Positions 30,273 to 40,028 of a DNA stretch of 64,000 bases are shown piece by piece; the stretch's first letter is position 1, and the number at the start of each line of letters is the position of its first letter. Both the position numbers and the translations under genes were made by a program. The notes under the pieces were generated by a model, which had not been told where the DNA came from, did not search any database, and saw only the letters and a program-made list of their open reading frames with translations. This DNA comes from Candidatus Eiseniibacteriota bacterium (GTDB taxonomy: Bacteria > Eisenbacteria > RBG-16-71-46). The stretch spans positions 1-64,000 of the forward strand of contig JANMQY010000092.1 of assembly GCA_031370785.1 (NCBI GenBank), read 5' to 3'.

Positions 30273-30619
30273 GTGCCTTGCTCCCGATCGGAGGTTGTGG
30301 CGAGCAGCGCCTCGAGCCGCGCGAGCGCGCGCGGCCAGGCGGAACCATACTTCGCGGCTGTGGCTTCGTACTCGGGCCGCGAGGGAAACGAGTGCCGGAC
30401 GGCGAGCGCGGTACCTTCGCCGCTCGACTCGAGCGCGTATTCGACCACGCGAGCCTCGCTCGCGGCGCGGTCGCAGAACCAGCGCGTGAGAAGCGCGGAT
30501 TCGGTCAGCGCTGCGAACACGCGTGGCATCGGTGCGACGATCTCGACGTCGAACACCAGACTGGTCAGGGGCCCGGTGACGGACTCGACTGCCGCGCGGC
30601 GCGGCGCGAAGGCGCTCAT
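30269..30619 (-). CDS. SRPBCC/AHSA1-like protein, unusually short (central segment apparently missing)
   Basis: APMPRVFAALTESALLTRWF...EAR then VVEYALESSGEGTALAVRH...WPRALARLEALL; 116 aa; overlaps both hflX and mqnD by 4 nt. Confidence 0.7.
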   Translation of the reverse strand: MSAFAPRRAAVESVTGPLTSLVFDVEIVAPMPRVFAALTESALLTRWFCDRAASEARVVEYALESSGEGTALAVRHSFPSRPEYEATAAKYGSAWPRALARLEALLATTSDREQGT

Positions 30620-31740
30620 GAAGCGCGGCGGTCGGCGCGCTCGGTCGCGAGCTGCCAGATGTGCGATCGCAGGTCGACCAGCCCTTCGCCGGTGCGCGCC
30701 GAAACCACGAGGCAGCCCGGGAACTCGACGCGCAGGCCCTGGGTGACCGCGCCATCCACGAACACGTCGGCCTTGTTGAAGACGATGAGCGTGGGGCGCG
30801 GGCCGGGCAGGATCTCCTCGAGCACACCCTCGACCGCGAGCATCTGGCGGCGGAAGTCGGGATCGGCGCCGTCGACCACGTGCACCAGCAGATCGGCCTC
30901 GACCACCTCGGTCAGAGTGCTGCGGAACGACGCGACCAGATGGTGCGGCAGCTTGCGGATGAAGCCCACCGTATCGGTCAGCAGCGCGACCCGGCGCTCC
31001 GGACTCACCATCTGGCGTGTGGTCGCATCGAGCGTGGCGAACAGGCGATTCTCCACGAACACGTCGGAGTGGGTGAGGGTGTTGAACAGCGTGCTCTTGC
31101 CCGCGTTGGTGTAGCCCACCAGCGCCGCGCGGAATTCGCGGCGGCGGCGCCGGCGCTGGGTCTCGCGCTCGCGCTCGACTCCGGTGAGCTCGCGCGTGAG
31201 ATGCGCGATCTTCTCCCGCACGCGCCGGCGGTCGACTTCGAGCTGGGTTTCGCCGGGTCCGCGCGTTCCGATGCCGCCGGCCTGACGCTCGAGGTGCTTC
31301 CACATGCCGGTCAGCCGCGGCAGCGTGTACTCGAGCTGAGCGAGCTCGACCTGCAGACGCGACTCCCGGGTGCGGGCGCGGCGCGCGAAGATGTCGAGAA
31401 TCAATTCGCTCCGGTCCACCACCTTCATGTCGAGCGCCTTCTCGAGATTGCGCACCTGCGGCGGAGACAGGTCGTCGTTGAAGATCGCGACGTCGGCCTG
31501 CAAGTCGAGCGCCATCGCCTTCAGCTCGTCGAGCTTGCCCTTGCCGATGAAGTGCGCAGGATGCACCGTGCCGCGGCGCTGCACCATGGTGGCCTGCGGT
31601 TTCGCGCCCGCGGTGTCGGCGAGCCGCGCCAGCTCCTCCATCGAGCGGTCGAGATCGCGCCCGTCGCGCCCAGCATGCCCGACCAGGATCGCGCGCTCGC
31701 GCTGCGGCGGCCGCGGAACTTCGTGGGAGCGCTTCTTCAA
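30616..31740 (-). CDS. hflX: GTPase HflX
   Basis: LILDIFARRA, GTRGPGETQLEVDRR, GYTNAGKS, LFATLD, DTVGF, NKAD; TTG start overlapping the upstream stop. Confidence 0.95.
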   Translation of the reverse strand: MKKRSHEVPRPPQRERAILVGHAGRDGRDLDRSMEELARLADTAGAKPQATMVQRRGTVHPAHFIGKGKLDELKAMALDLQADVAIFNDDLSPPQVRNLEKALDMKVVDRSELILDIFARRARTRESRLQVELAQLEYTLPRLTGMWKHLERQAGGIGTRGPGETQLEVDRRRVREKIAHLTRELTGVERERETQRRRRRREFRAALVGYTNAGKSTLFNTLTHSDVFVENRLFATLDATTRQMVSPERRVALLTDTVGFIRKLPHHLVASFRSTLTEVVEADLLVHVVDGADPDFRRQMLAVEGVLEEILPGPRPTLIVFNKADVFVDGAVTQGLRVEFPGCLVVSARTGEGLVDLRSHIWQLATERADRRAS

Positions 31741-32957
31741 CCGCGCGGCTCGATCACGAGGTCGTAGGGCGCCGGAGTCAGGTTCTCGAAGGTGCCGTCC
31801 GGGCGCACCACCACCAGGTCCTCGATGCGCACTCCGAGCTGCTGCGACGGATAATAGAGACCGGGCTCGACCGTGATCACCATCCCCGGGGCGAGCGTCT
31901 GGGTGTTGCTCGGGGGCCCGCCGAGGCGCGGCGCCTCGTGCACCGCGAGCCCGACGCCATGCCCGAGGCCGTGCACGTAGCCTTCCTGCGCGCTCTCGTT
32001 GGTGCGCAGCGTGGGGTGTCCGCGCTTTTCGAACAGCGCGCACACGTCCTCCTGATAGCTGCGGCACGGAGCGCCGAGCTTGAGACCGTCCATCGCGAGG
32101 CGGAACGCGTCGTGCACGTCGTCGTACAGCTTCGCGAGCGGCGCCGGCGCGGGGCCGAGGCAGAAAGTGCGCGTCAGATCGCTGTGGTAGCCCCCGCCCG
32201 CCTCCCCGGGGAAGATGTCGATGAGCAGCGGCGCGCCCGCCCGCAGCGGCTCCGAGTCGTTGCCGCGGTTGTGCGGAACGCCGGCATCCCGGCCCTGCGA
32301 GACGATGCTCTCACCGTCTTCGCCGAGTCCGTGCTCGAGGAACACGCGCTGGATGAGACGGCGCACGTCGCCCAGCGTCGCGGGGCCTTTGCCATTCACG
32401 AAGCCGCTGCCGCTCGCGCGCAGCGAGCCCAAGTACTCGCGCACCCGCTCGATCGCCTCGACCGTGCCGCGCGCCGCGCGGCGGATCGCATCGATCTCGG
32501 CTTCGTCCTTGGTGGTGCGCGCCTCGGCCAGCAGATCGGGCTGAGTGCGGTCCACCGCGAGCGCCGGGTTCACCTGCAGCGCGCGCTCGAGGATCTGATA
32601 CGCGGTGCCGAGCGCGGTGTCGCCGTAGAAGGCGATCGGGCCGTTCATCCCGAGCGTGGCGCAGGTCTGGGCGATCAGGCGCCCGAGGCCGCGCGCCGAG
32701 CTGCCCTCCTCGGCGGTCAGGCGGTTGAGACCGTGCTGGGGAAATCCGGAGTGATCGCAACCGGCGAGCGCTGCCTGGTCACGCTCCATCGGATCGTGAA
32801 TCAGGTGTGCGCGCCCGTCGGTGCCGCGAAAGTAGATTCCATGATGAAGTTTCTGGCCGATCGCGTAGTGCATGGCCGGGCTGTAGCGGTCGTGCGCCAG
32901 CACGACCATGCCGGCGAGGCCGCGCTCACGCATCAGTCGGTCGAGATCGCTGCGCAA
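31737..32957 (-). CDS. M24 family Xaa-Pro aminopeptidase
   Basis: GVPH, DIFP, YHSDLTRT, HGLGHGVGLAVHE, TVEPGLY, GVRIED. Confidence 0.92.
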   Translation of the reverse strand: MRSDLDRLMRERGLAGMVVLAHDRYSPAMHYAIGQKLHHGIYFRGTDGRAHLIHDPMERDQAALAGCDHSGFPQHGLNRLTAEEGSSARGLGRLIAQTCATLGMNGPIAFYGDTALGTAYQILERALQVNPALAVDRTQPDLLAEARTTKDEAEIDAIRRAARGTVEAIERVREYLGSLRASGSGFVNGKGPATLGDVRRLIQRVFLEHGLGEDGESIVSQGRDAGVPHNRGNDSEPLRAGAPLLIDIFPGEAGGGYHSDLTRTFCLGPAPAPLAKLYDDVHDAFRLAMDGLKLGAPCRSYQEDVCALFEKRGHPTLRTNESAQEGYVHGLGHGVGLAVHEAPRLGGPPSNTQTLAPGMVITVEPGLYYPSQQLGVRIEDLVVVRPDGTFENLTPAPYDLVIEPRG

Positions 32958-33076
32958 GACACCCTCCTGTGAATCGAACTCGGGGCTCAGGTGTGGATCG
33001 GGGCGAGGATTTTAGACCATCGCGGTCGGTCGGGAAAGGCGGCGCGAACGGCGCGCCGGCCGTCGGCGCGAATGCA

Positions 33077-33757
33077 TCATACCCAGCCGCGAGGGCGTTC
33101 CCGTGCGATGTGGATGCGCATCACCGCGTATCCGAACGCGAAGCCGCCGAAGTGCGCCCACCAGGCGACTCCAGCGCTCGATCCTCCCAGGGTCAGGGCG
33201 CCGCTCACGAACTGGAAGAGGAACCAGAAACCGAGCAGCACGAAAGCCGGCAGGGCCACCACCTGGAAGAACGGGAACAGCGGCAGCAGGGTCACGACGC
33301 GCGCCCGCGGGTAAGCCGCGGCGTACGCGCCGAGCACGCCGGCGATCGCGCCGCTCGCGCCCACGGTGGGCAGGCGCGATTCGTACGCAATCAGCGAGTG
33401 CAGCAGGCCGGCGGCGATTCCCGACGCGAAGTAGAAAAGCAGAAAAGTGAAGTGACCGAGCCGGTCTTCGACGTTGTCGCCGAAGATCCACAGGTACCAG
33501 AGATTTCCGATGAGGTGCATCCAGCCGCCGTGGAGGAACATCGACGTGACCAGCGTGAGCGCCGGCGCGAAGATCGGCTCGTTGCCCTGAAGGGCGAGGG
33601 TGAGGCGCAGCGGAATCAGGCTGTAGGCCGCGAACAGGCCGCCCAGGTCGCGACCCAGCGCCAGCTCATAGAGGAACGCGGCGATGTTGAGGGCGATCAG
33701 GGCGCGGGTCACGACCGGAACGGTCAGGGATGGATTTTCGTCGCGCAGCGGGAACAT
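33077..33757 (-). CDS. Rhomboid family intramembrane serine protease
   Basis: SMFLHGGWMHLIGN, FGDNVEDRLG, VGASGAI, AWWAHFGGF. Confidence 0.93.
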   Translation of the reverse strand: MFPLRDENPSLTVPVVTRALIALNIAAFLYELALGRDLGGLFAAYSLIPLRLTLALQGNEPIFAPALTLVTSMFLHGGWMHLIGNLWYLWIFGDNVEDRLGHFTFLLFYFASGIAAGLLHSLIAYESRLPTVGASGAIAGVLGAYAAAYPRARVVTLLPLFPFFQVVALPAFVLLGFWFLFQFVSGALTLGGSSAGVAWWAHFGGFAFGYAVMRIHIARERPRGWV

Positions 33758-33812
33758 CGGGTGATCGGGTTCTCCGGATCCGGGGCCCGCGCGAGGCGCC
33801 AAGGAGAGGCGC

Positions 33813-33842
33813 TTGACGCTCTCGGGGACGCCTACCTATCCT
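33813..33842 (+). promoter_or_regulatory. Putative sigma70 promoter of trxA
   Basis: TTGACG-N18-TATCCT. Confidence 0.5.
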
Positions 33843-33941
33843 GCCGCGGCTCTAGAAGACGTCGCGCATCGCTCGGTTCCTCCGGACATCCGAAGGAAGC
33901 CGCAGCCGTGGATAATAGGGGAGTATCGAGGGGGAAGCGCC

Positions 33942-34265
33942 ATGGGAAACGCAGTCGTAGTCAGCAGTCAGACATTCGAATCCGAAGTTCTCAAATCCCC
34001 GGTCCCCGTGCTGGTGGATTTCTGGGCTCCCTGGTGCGGACCGTGTCGGGCGGTGGGCCCGGTGGTGGATCAGATCGCCGCCGAATACGCCGGCAAGCTC
34101 AAGGTGGTCAAGGTCAACACCGACGAGAACGAGGCGGTTTCGATCCAGTACCAGGTCATGAGCATCCCGACCCTGATCCTGTTCAAGGACGGGACGGCGG
34201 TCGAGCGCATCGTCGGCGCGCATCCGAAGCAGTCGCTGCTGGCCAAGGTCACCCCGCACCTGTAG
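33942..34265 (+). CDS. trxA: Thioredoxin
   Basis: [20 protein letters not shown]; 107 aa. Confidence 0.96.
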   Translation: MGNAVVVSSQTFESEVLKSPVPVLVDFWAPWCGPCRAVGPVVDQIAAEYAGKLKVVKVNTDENEAVSIQYQVMSIPTLILFKDGTAVERIVGAHPKQSLLAKVTPHL

Positions 34266-34336
34266 TCGAGCCCGGCTCACCGGAAACTGCAGCACACCAC
34301 CCGGTGAGCCGGGCTGTTGGTGGCGGACTCCGCGGC

Positions 34337-35950
34337 TCAACGCGCCAGACGGCGCCGCTCGATGCTGAATTGCCGCGCCGGCCTGTCGCGGCCGCGCGAG
34401 AGCTCACGGAACGCGGCCGGCAGCGACTCGATGATGTCCCCGGCGGTGAGACCCATCTGACCCGCGCTCGCCGCCCGCAGGTCCCCGGCCAGCCCGTGTG
34501 CGTAGGCGCCCAGGCGTGCCGCATCGTAGGGTTCGACCCCTTGCGCGATCAGCGCGGCGATCGCGCCCGAAAGGGCGTCGCCAGCGCCGGCGGTCGCCAT
34601 CCCCGGATTGCCGGTCGGATTGATCGTGGCGCGGCCGTCGGGATGCGCGACCACGGTCGGCGCGCCCTTCAGCAGCACGACCACGCCCCACTTCGCGGCG
34701 TAAGTGCGCGCCGAGTCGATCCTCGTCGCCTCGAGCGATCCGGCGCTCTCGGCGGTGAGCCTCGCCATCTCCCCGAGGTGCGGCGTCAGCACGCGCGGTC
34801 CGCCCGCCTTGCGCAACTCGCCGGCGGTGCCCTCGAAAGCGTTGAGCCCGTCGGCATCGAGCACCACCGGTAGCTCGAGCTCAAGGGCGAGCGAGCGCGC
34901 CAGATCCTGCGTCTCGGGATCGCGCCCGAGTCCCGGCCCCAGCACCGCCGCGTGAGCGGAGCGCGCGCGCTCGATCGCCAGCGGCAACGCACTGCGGGCG
35001 ATCCCGCCCGAGGCGGTCCCGGGCGCGGGGAGGAACATCTCCTCGGTGAGCCGTGCCTGGATCACGTCGTGGAACCGCTCGGCGGCCATCACCTGCACGT
35101 AGCCGGCGCCCGAGCGGCTGGCCGCCCGCGCCACCAGCACCACCGATCCGGTGAGCCCGAGCGAAGCGCCGATCACGAGCACGCGGCCGGCCGTGCCCTT
35201 GTGCGCGCGCGGATCGCGCACCGGAAGCAGCGCCGCTAGCCCCGAGACGGTGGCCAGCTCCACCTTGAAGTCGGGATCATCGGTGGGCGGCGCGACCAGC
35301 CCAATGTCGATGACCTCGAGCGCTCCGGTGAATGCGCGCGCCGGATAGAGCAGGTGTGCGCGCTTGGGATGGCCGAAGGTCACGGTCAGGTCGGCGCGCA
35401 CCGCGCGGCGCGCGATCGCGCCGCTGTCGGCATCGACGCCGGTGGGCAGATCCACCGCCACGACGTGCGTGCCGGCGTCGTCCAGATCGCGCAGAGCCTG
35501 AACACCCGCCGCGATCATGCCTTCGGGTGCGCCGCGCGCGCCGGTGCCGAGCAGCGCATCGAGCGCGAAGTCCCACCCCGGACGCTCGGCGATCGCGCGC
35601 GCCAGCGCCTGCTCGGAGTCCACGACCGTGGAAGTCACGCGCTCTGCCTCGAGGCGCTCGAGGTGGAGCCTGGCCTCGCCCTTGACGCGATTGCGAGGCG
35701 CGAGCAACACCACGCTCGGCGCCGCGCCGCGCGCCCGCAGGTGCCTTGCGGCGACGAAACCATCGCCTCCATTGTTGCCGGGTCCGCATAGCACCAGCAC
35801 CCGCAGCCCGAGCACCGGGCCGTAGCGCCGCTCCATCGCGAGCACGACGCCGGCACCGGCGCGCTCCATCAGCGCCTCGCCCGAGGCGTGTCCGCCTTCG
35901 ATGGTCAGGTGTTCCAGGCGCCGCATCGCCTCGGCGGTGAGAACGAGCAC
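34337..35950 (-). CDS. nnr: Bifunctional NAD(P)HX epimerase/dehydratase (NnrE-NnrD)
   Basis: LMERAG, GPGNNGGDG, DALLGTG, DLPTG, HKG, GPGLG, DADGL, TPHLGE, ATAGAGD. Confidence 0.93.
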   Translation of the reverse strand: MLVLTAEAMRRLEHLTIEGGHASGEALMERAGAGVVLAMERRYGPVLGLRVLVLCGPGNNGGDGFVAARHLRARGAAPSVVLLAPRNRVKGEARLHLERLEAERVTSTVVDSEQALARAIAERPGWDFALDALLGTGARGAPEGMIAAGVQALRDLDDAGTHVVAVDLPTGVDADSGAIARRAVRADLTVTFGHPKRAHLLYPARAFTGALEVIDIGLVAPPTDDPDFKVELATVSGLAALLPVRDPRAHKGTAGRVLVIGASLGLTGSVVLVARAASRSGAGYVQVMAAERFHDVIQARLTEEMFLPAPGTASGGIARSALPLAIERARSAHAAVLGPGLGRDPETQDLARSLALELELPVVLDADGLNAFEGTAGELRKAGGPRVLTPHLGEMARLTAESAGSLEATRIDSARTYAAKWGVVVLLKGAPTVVAHPDGRATINPTGNPGMATAGAGDALSGAIAALIAQGVEPYDAARLGAYAHGLAGDLRAASAGQMGLTAGDIIESLPAAFRELSRGRDRPARQFSIERRRLAR

Positions 35951-35952
35951 GG

Positions 35953-36750
35953 TCAGTGCACCGTAAACGGGATCACGAGCCGCGCGTAGAAGCGGGAGGG
36001 TTGCCCATCGACCACGACCGGCTCGAAGTGGGCGCCGCGCGCAACTTCGAGGGCCGCAGCGTCCAGCTCGGGAATGCTCTTCACGATTCGGGCCTCACGC
36101 ACCGTCCCGTCCGTATCCACGAGCACGAGCACGCGTACCACGCCCTGCACGCCGGCACTGTGCGCCGCCGGCGGATAGCGCAGCTCGACATCGAGGCGCT
36201 TGACCGGCGCCGGGCGGAGCCCTGAGGGCGCGGTTCCGCCCGGCAGCACGGCGTTGAGCGTGTCCGCGAGCAGGGGCGGCTCGGCCGCGACCGGCACCGC
36301 CAGGGCGGCGGGCTCGGGCGTCGGGTTTGCGTCCGGGTCGGGCCGGCGCATGCGCGCGGTCAGATGCTGGGCGTTCGCGGTGAGCGTGACCGAGACCGCG
36401 CCGGCCCACTCGCACGAGAGGCTCTGCTTCTCGATGCAGCCGCCGCGGTAGCCCGAGCGCCGCATCTGGTCCGCGATGTAGTCGAGCGTATGCGAAGAGG
36501 GCGCGGCGACTTCGAACGCCGCGGCGGCGAGCACGCCGCCCTCGAAGTCGAGCGAGGCGTCGCCCTCGAGCCCGAAGAAGCGCACGCGCGACTGGCGCTG
36601 CGCACGACCGCGCGCATCGGCGGGCGCACCGCGCAGACCGAGCAGCGAGTCGACGGCGCTCAGTCGCTGCCCGAGCCTGAGATTCGTGCCGGGGATCGAA
36701 GCCGGCGGCAGGCCGAGCGCGAGAACAGCCGCCAGCACCAGCACCGTCAC
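35953..36750 (-). CDS. Exported protein with TonB C-terminal domain
   Basis: N-terminal hydrophobic segment; YPPAAHSAGVQGVVRV...DGTV...LDAAAL...FEP. Confidence 0.78.
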   Translation of the reverse strand: MTVLVLAAVLALGLPPASIPGTNLRLGQRLSAVDSLLGLRGAPADARGRAQRQSRVRFFGLEGDASLDFEGGVLAAAAFEVAAPSSHTLDYIADQMRRSGYRGGCIEKQSLSCEWAGAVSVTLTANAQHLTARMRRPDPDANPTPEPAALAVPVAAEPPLLADTLNAVLPGGTAPSGLRPAPVKRLDVELRYPPAAHSAGVQGVVRVLVLVDTDGTVREARIVKSIPELDAAALEVARGAHFEPVVVDGQPSRFYARLVIPFTVH

Positions 36751-36762
36751 GATGGCTCCCGG

Positions 36763-37101
36763 CTAGCGCTTGCGCACACGGCCGCGCGCCTCGGACGTCA
36801 GGTCGCGTAGCAGCCGGGTGCGGTAGTCGGTATCGCGCGTCACGCGGTTCAGCAGATCCGGATCGTTCGAGATGAACGGCAGGTCGAACAGCTCGGGATC
36901 GGCTTCCTGTTCGGCGTAGATCTTCTCCTGCTCGTGTCGCTGGAAGGCGGCCGCCTTCTCGGCTGTCTCGAAGTGACGGCCCTCGAGGAAGTTCTGCTGG
37001 AAGACGTCGAAGATGTAGACGTGGAACTGGGCGTCGGCAACCGTGCCTTCCGGAACCTGATGCACCTTGATCTTGGCCGCCTTGACCTTGCTCACCGACA
37101 T
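36763..37101 (-). CDS. Hypothetical protein, 112 aa
   Basis: GGAGG RBS, GC3-biased codons, tight operon packing; no recognised motif. Confidence 0.75.
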   Translation of the reverse strand: MSVSKVKAAKIKVHQVPEGTVADAQFHVYIFDVFQQNFLEGRHFETAEKAAAFQRHEQEKIYAEQEADPELFDLPFISNDPDLLNRVTRDTDYRTRLLRDLTSEARGRVRKR

Positions 37102-37127
37102 GAGTCCTCCCCCTGTGGAGCGCCGCC

Positions 37128-37868
37128 TCAGCGTGCGGTGCTCGTGGAATCGCCGGCGGCGGGAAGCCCGGCTTCGGGCGTCGTCCCGCGTCCGTTGAGC
37201 CGGTCCACGATGTGGACCAGCTCGATGATGTCGTCGATATCGAAGTCCGCGCCCGACTCCTTCGTGTCGAACGTGTCGCCGTAGCGCGCAAACACCGTCC
37301 GCATGCCGAGGCTCCTGCCTCCAACCACGTCGCGCTCGGCCCAGTCGCCCACCATCAGGGCTTCGGCCGGCTCGACCGCGAGCCGGCGCAGCACCTCGCG
37401 GAACGGCGCCGGCCCGGGCTTGCGCTCGCCGGTGTCATCGAACGTGACCACCGCGTCGAAGTTGTGCTGGAGCGAGAGCTCGCACAGGCGCAGCCAGACC
37501 TGCATGCGCGGCGCGTCCGAAACCACGCCCAGCCGGATGCCCCGACGCGCCAGCTCGAGCATGGTCATCTGGGTGTGCGGGTAGAGCACCAGCGCCGAGG
37601 AGCGCGCGCGGCGGTAGGCCACGATCCCGGAGGCAAGGATCTTGGGATCGATGCGTCCGAACTCGCGTTCGAGCAGCACGTCGAGCACCTGCTGGTATTC
37701 GAGTCCGAGTTCCTTGTAGATCGCGTCGATCCGCTTCCGGATGTCCTCGCGCGGCAGCTCGAGACCGGCGTCGATCATGCCCTCGATCGCGGCTTCCACG
37801 GCGTCGCCCTTCATGCGCATGAAGTCGACGAGCGTGTTGTCCAGGTCGAAGACGATGGCGCGGATCAC
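37128..37868 (-). CDS. HAD-superfamily hydrolase (subfamily IA)
   Basis: IVFDLDNTL, VVSDA, KPGP, MVGDWAERDVVGG; GTG start. Confidence 0.9.
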   Translation of the reverse strand: MIRAIVFDLDNTLVDFMRMKGDAVEAAIEGMIDAGLELPREDIRKRIDAIYKELGLEYQQVLDVLLEREFGRIDPKILASGIVAYRRARSSALVLYPHTQMTMLELARRGIRLGVVSDAPRMQVWLRLCELSLQHNFDAVVTFDDTGERKPGPAPFREVLRRLAVEPAEALMVGDWAERDVVGGRSLGMRTVFARYGDTFDTKESGADFDIDDIIELVHIVDRLNGRGTTPEAGLPAAGDSTSTAR

Positions 37869-37884
37869 GGACGCGGGGATTCCG

Positions 37885-38076
37885 TCACTTGGTGGAGAGT
37901 CCGATCGCGCGACCCAGGCTGATCTCGCCATTATCGATGCGCAGATTGAACCCGCAGGCCGGATTGCTGCACACCCAGGCCTTGTAGGTAATCGGCGCTC
38001 CGTCGCGTCCGTAGTCGGACAGGGGCAGAAGAACTCCGTCCTCGCACTTGCGGCACTCGGGAAATTGCAGCTCCAT
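37885..38076 (-). CDS. Small zinc-ribbon-like protein, 63 aa
   Basis: CRKC...CSNPAC; GGAGG RBS; 16 bp upstream of the HAD gene. Confidence 0.75.
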   Translation of the reverse strand: MELQFPECRKCEDGVLLPLSDYGRDGAPITYKAWVCSNPACGFNLRIDNGEISLGRAIGLSTK

Positions 38077-38203
38077 CCCGCACCCCTCCCTTCGCCCCCG
38101 GCCGCGCCCAGCGACGGGGCGGCGGAGCTCCGCACCATCTTAGGCGAGCGTTCGGCCCCCGCCAAAGGAAACGAGCGATGCCCGTGACCTCTCGGGTCAC
38201 AAG

Positions 38204-38929
38204 CTATTTCATCGCGATTCCGGCGGCCAGCGGCCAGATCGTGGCCGTGCCCAGCGAGACGTGGTCGGGCGCGGTGCAGATCCACGCGACCAGGGAGGCG
38301 ATGTCGGCCGGCTCGAGGTTGCGGTCGCGCTCTTCGGAGCCCGGAGCGATCGCGCGACCGGCGGAGTTGATGTTGTGAGGCGCGACGATGCTCACCCGCA
38401 CGCGCTGAGGCTTGACCTCGAGGGCAACCGACTCGAGCAGGCCTCGCAGACCCCACTTGCTGGCCGCGTACGCCGAGGAGCCCGGCTGACCGACGAACGC
38501 TCCGAGCGAGGCGATGCCCACGACGGTGCCGCGGCGCTGCTTCCTGAGATGGGGCAGTGTGTATTTGAGCGTCAGGAAGGCGCCCTTGAGGTTGAGGTCG
38601 TGGAGCAGGTCCCACATCTGCTCGGTGGTCTCGGTCAAGGGCGCGCCCTGCCAGGTGCCGGCGTTGAGCACCACGATGTCGAGCTTTCCCCAGCGCTGAA
38701 TCGCGGCGCCGACCGCCTTTTCGAGCTGCGTCGCCGAGGTCACGTCGGCGGGGGTGGCGAGCGCGTCGACGCCCTTGCCACGCAGCGCGGCGACCGCGTC
38801 GTTCAACTCGGCGCCATCGCGCGCCACACACGCGATCGAAGCGCCCTCGGCGCCCAGCGTCCTGGCGATCTCGAGGCCGAGCCCGCGGCTCGCGCCGGTG
38901 ATGAGTGCTACCTGCTTCTCGAGCTTCAT
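38204..38929 (-). CDS. SDR family oxidoreductase
   Basis: TGASRGLG, LNAG, YAASK. Confidence 0.93.
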   Translation of the reverse strand: MKLEKQVALITGASRGLGLEIARTLGAEGASIACVARDGAELNDAVAALRGKGVDALATPADVTSATQLEKAVGAAIQRWGKLDIVVLNAGTWQGAPLTETTEQMWDLLHDLNLKGAFLTLKYTLPHLRKQRRGTVVGIASLGAFVGQPGSSAYAASKWGLRGLLESVALEVKPQRVRVSIVAPHNINSAGRAIAPGSEERDRNLEPADIASLVAWICTAPDHVSLGTATIWPLAAGIAMK

Positions 38930-38944
38930 GGTTCTCCCTGGCGC

Positions 38945-39679
38945 TTAGTATCGGCCGGCGAGCAGGTCGGTCCGGTCGGCGAACGGCTGCTCGCAGGGCC
39001 GTCCTTCGGCGTGAAGATAGCGCGCTTCGCCGGGCGCGAGCCACACCAGCGAGGACGAGACCGTGACCATCTGTCCGGTGTGAACGCACACCGCGCGCTC
39101 GCCGTCCTTGCCGTGTTCCGCGAGCAGGGCCATCAGCATGCGTTCGGTGCGCTCCCGGGACCCGGTCGCGATGCCGGCCAGCGACCCGAGCAGGGCCGCG
39201 GTTCGCATCTCCAGTGGATCGTCGAGCTCGGCATGGGTGAGCACGTGCCAGCCCGATCCGATGCGCCGCGACCGCGGCGCCTCGCCGGCCTCGCGCGAGA
39301 TCATCCAGCAGTCGCCCGGCGCGGCGTGCACCAGCGAGAACGGAGCGAAGAAGTTCCGCGCAGCCAGCTCCCGCGCGCGCTCGGGAGAGGGCGTCTCGAG
39401 CGCGGCAACCTCGAGCGCGAGGCGGCCGCGCGAGACCGGGGTGCCGGTCACGGGCTCGCCCGCGCGCTCGCGCCGATTGAGCATCGCGACCACCGCGCGG
39501 CGCTCCCGCACCGCGAGCCAGGTGCCGCCCGCGACCCGGTCACGCCCGCCCGCGAGGGGCGGCGCGGTTTCGATCACTCCGGGCGGATCCGAAGGCCGGC
39601 GCGGGTCCTCGTCGCGATTCGCCGCCAGGATCACGCTTCGAGGCGCGACGACGTCGATCCCCAGGATGAGAGTGCACAC
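38945..39679 (-). CDS. NRDE/TANGO2 family protein
   Basis: GTG start giving MCTL; AANRDE, GRDRVAGGTWL, SRG.L, TVSS. Confidence 0.88.
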   Translation of the reverse strand: MCTLILGIDVVAPRSVILAANRDEDPRRPSDPPGVIETAPPLAGGRDRVAGGTWLAVRERRAVVAMLNRRERAGEPVTGTPVSRGRLALEVAALETPSPERARELAARNFFAPFSLVHAAPGDCWMISREAGEAPRSRRIGSGWHVLTHAELDDPLEMRTAALLGSLAGIATGSRERTERMLMALLAEHGKDGERAVCVHTGQMVTVSSSLVWLAPGEARYLHAEGRPCEQPFADRTDLLAGRY

Positions 39680-39828
39680 GCGAGTCGACTGTAGGGGCCA
39701 TGGTCGTGCGCGGCAACCCGGGGGACTGCTGGAGCCGGCCGCGCGCCGGCATGTAGACCGACCGTCGGCTGAGACACTCCCCCCGGAGCTCGACGATCCG
39801 ACCTGCAACTCGCCACAACCTGCGCGCC

Positions 39829-39972
39829 ATGACTCTGGCGTGCCTCGCGCTCCTCACGACCCTGCTCGTTTCCGCCGCCGATCGCGGTTCGCCGAGGGTC
39901 ACGTACCTGCCGCAGTCGCGGCCGCCTTCACTCAAGCTCAACGTCTATCGCCCGGCGGCCGCGCGTCCGTGA
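39829..39972 (+). pseudogene. 47-aa signal-peptide ORF, probable truncated exported hydrolase remnant
   Basis: MTLACLALLTTLLVSAADRGSPRVTYLPQSRPPSLKLNVYRPAAARP*; LKLNVYRP resembles the first strand of esterases. Confidence 0.35.
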
Positions 39973-40028
39973 CGCTCAGGCGCATTTCCATCTTGACCGC
40001 CGGATGCGAAAACCCGTCAACTCGCGAC

